This document shows, piece after piece, positions 61,848 through 64,000 of a stretch of 64,000 nucleotides of DNA. Made by a program: the position numbers and the translations under genes. The notes under the pieces were generated by a model. The model was given only the letters and a program-made list of their open reading frames with translations. It was not told where the DNA came from and did not search any database. The DNA lies in contig NC_092676.1 of NCBI RefSeq assembly GCF_964355755.1, positions 11,261,888 to 11,325,887 of the forward strand. The letters run 5' to 3'. The DNA is from Antedon mediterranea (Eukaryota > Animalia > Echinodermata). The number at the start of each line of letters is the position of its first letter. The first letter of the stretch is position 1.

Positions 61848-63888
61848 TTAATAATTTTTATGTAAGTTAAATTCTGTATAATCATCATAAATAAAATACA
61901 ATAATTAAGTAATTGAACTGCTACTGTGATCTTTTCATAAATTCGTTGGCCTACTGTATATAAATGTTAAAATAAAAATTAATATTTAAACAAATCTTTG
62001 AATGTAATGTAAAAAAAAAGAAATTCACGCTAGCAAACTAACATTTTGGTAGTAGATTTTTCATAATTGCTAGTTGAAAATTTCAAAACTAGCAAATGTT
62101 TTGCTAGTGTAATTTTTGAAAAAATACGTACTTTTTAGCTTAGCCACGCTAGCCGCCGATCGCTATGTCAACAATGGCTAATAGGAACCAATTTGGTGAA
62201 AACAATTGTTTCATTTACACACCGCCGATTTACGTCAAGGAAACGCAAATAGCACCGTGAATTATGTAATGTGGTAGTTGTTAACGATGTGCATTATAAA
62301 CAGCAAGCTTTTTCCCAACACATTAAATCACGTGCATTTAGTATGTCGCTGAGTATTACATCATCAGTCACGTGATTACAGAATACGCGATTACAGAATA
62401 CGCGATCAATTTAGGGATTTAACAAAATAAATATTTTGCCTACACAGTGGTCGAAGCGCGTTTTTAATAAGTTCTAGATAGTAAACACCCCATACTTAAT
62501 GGACTCTACCAATTTTGTTTAAACGATGATCTCTTGGCACACACCACAAGGTCCTGTTGGGCGATGGGTTTTCTTACGTCTATTGTTTTTTCTGTGGAAT
62601 AATTACACTTTTCGCATCACAACTTTAATTAATGATTTACACAGCAATGGGCAAAGGATTCAATAAGGAAGAATACATTGAATAAAAATTCACTTAAGAA
62701 ATGCCGTAAGCTGTTCTCAAACTATTAATCAGCTCACTATTTAGTATATTGAGACCAACATCATGCTTCTCACGACAGGGAATTTCCTGGATAGATGAGT
62801 CGCGAGCGAGAGACGGCAGACCATTGGCCGATGAGTGAGGCGGGGTAGCTTGGACGGATTAGTTAGGGCCTACAATTTCGCTCGGTGGCAATTAAATTTT
62901 ATGTTTTAATTACGTCTGGATATAAAAAATACAAAACTCAGTTTTGACATCGGCAAATTAGGCCCTAAATTACAGTAGTATAATTTATTAATCAGATTAA
63001 CTTAGGCTAGCCTTCTCTGAACAGATAGATAGGCTTTTAGAGGCCTCAGTTCAGGCTTGCCCTACTTGCAGTGTGGCCAGCGATCGAAATGAAATTATGC
63101 TAAGTGGCAGCCAAAAAGTATGCTAGGTGGCAGCACAAAATTATGACAGATTATGCCAGACACAATTAAAGCCAAAATTGAACCAAAACAGTGTATTAGA
63201 GGGCGGTGTACAGGTATGGGTATTGTTTATGTACCACAAAGGTGAGAAGAAATGTTACCAGATTTTTTCGAAATTCTGCCAGATAATAGCTACATCATAG
63301 TGAATATGCTGTAGAAATGCGTTTTTCACATTATGCCAGATTATGCCAGATTTTCTAAAATTATGCCTAGCATAAATGCTAGATGGGTCACTCTTCAGTA
63401 AGTGTCTAAAATTGTGTCCCGATACTTTAGTGGGATAGAGACTGAAAATTCATCATTAAAAAATAAAAATTCTTGACTTATATCATAATCAACGTTATTG
63501 TAAATATAATTAATTACACAAACCAAAGATAATAACATTGATATTGTTAATTTTTATAAAAATGTTTCAGGCAACCCCCTAAAACCTCATATCATGTCCC
63601 AATCGTACATCTTCAATTTTATGATCGCCATATATATTTGATAACCGTTTGTTTGTTATTGTAAAAAGTTAGTTAACCATGATTTCATGCGATTTTACTA
63701 TTCAAAATACATCTCTACATACATTAAATTTCAAACTTTAAAGTTTTAAAGTTTGGAAAAAGCTTGTCCCGCAGTTCTGTGTCATATCCGTCACATAATT
63801 TAAATGTGCCGTCTACAATTTAATGAACAGCGGGAGAAAAAATTGATTGTGCGTTGTAAACATGCGAAGATATGGAAATAAAACATCA

Positions 63889-64000
63889 TCTATATTATAA
63901 GTGAGAGAGTTTGTCTGTTTGTCTGTTTGTTCGTTATACAAAATTTTGTTACTGCACATAATCTTACATATGGGGTATCAAAATGACCGCAATTGTACCG
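63889..64000 (+). mobile_element. Possible 5' end of a non-autonomous Helitron, cut by the window edge
   Basis: A|TCTATATTATAA followed by (GTTT/GTCT)n microsatellite. Confidence 0.45.

Noticed and set aside
62000-63400. CpG-richer stretch and TATGCCAGA repeats as the TRMT2B promoter or a MITE
   Set aside because: No definable boundaries or diagnostic motifs from sequence alone.

Overview
This is AT-rich animal genomic DNA with spliceosomal introns. A marine invertebrate, possibly an echinoderm, is my guess from the transposon content only. One host gene is visible: a TRMT2B-like tRNA m5U54 methyltransferase on the minus strand. I reconstructed five phase-compatible exons (35392-35125, 34696-34597, 28737-28667, 4315-4080, 3936-3617); its 3' exons lie left of the window. 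Almost everything else is nested transposable elements. Main observations: (1) an 11.65-kb Harbinger with TIRs, a TTA TSD and two apparently intact spliced genes, a 411-aa DDE transposase and a 224-aa MADF-BESS protein, mutually interleaved in antisense; (2) a ~5-kb palindrome in the MADF intron made by two inverted copies of one MULE-like element inserted 2 bp apart with overlapping 9-bp TSDs; (3) three groups of Penelope-type minimal hammerhead motifs, one with an A3-U8 compensatory core; (4) two non-coding CCC-terminal (CMC/EnSpm-like) elements with splice signals, one carrying two satellite arrays; (5) BEL/Pao, Gypsy, CR1/L2, hAT-like, Kolobok-like and Helitron-like elements nested up to four deep. 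All calls come from reading the sequence by eye; no database searches were run.
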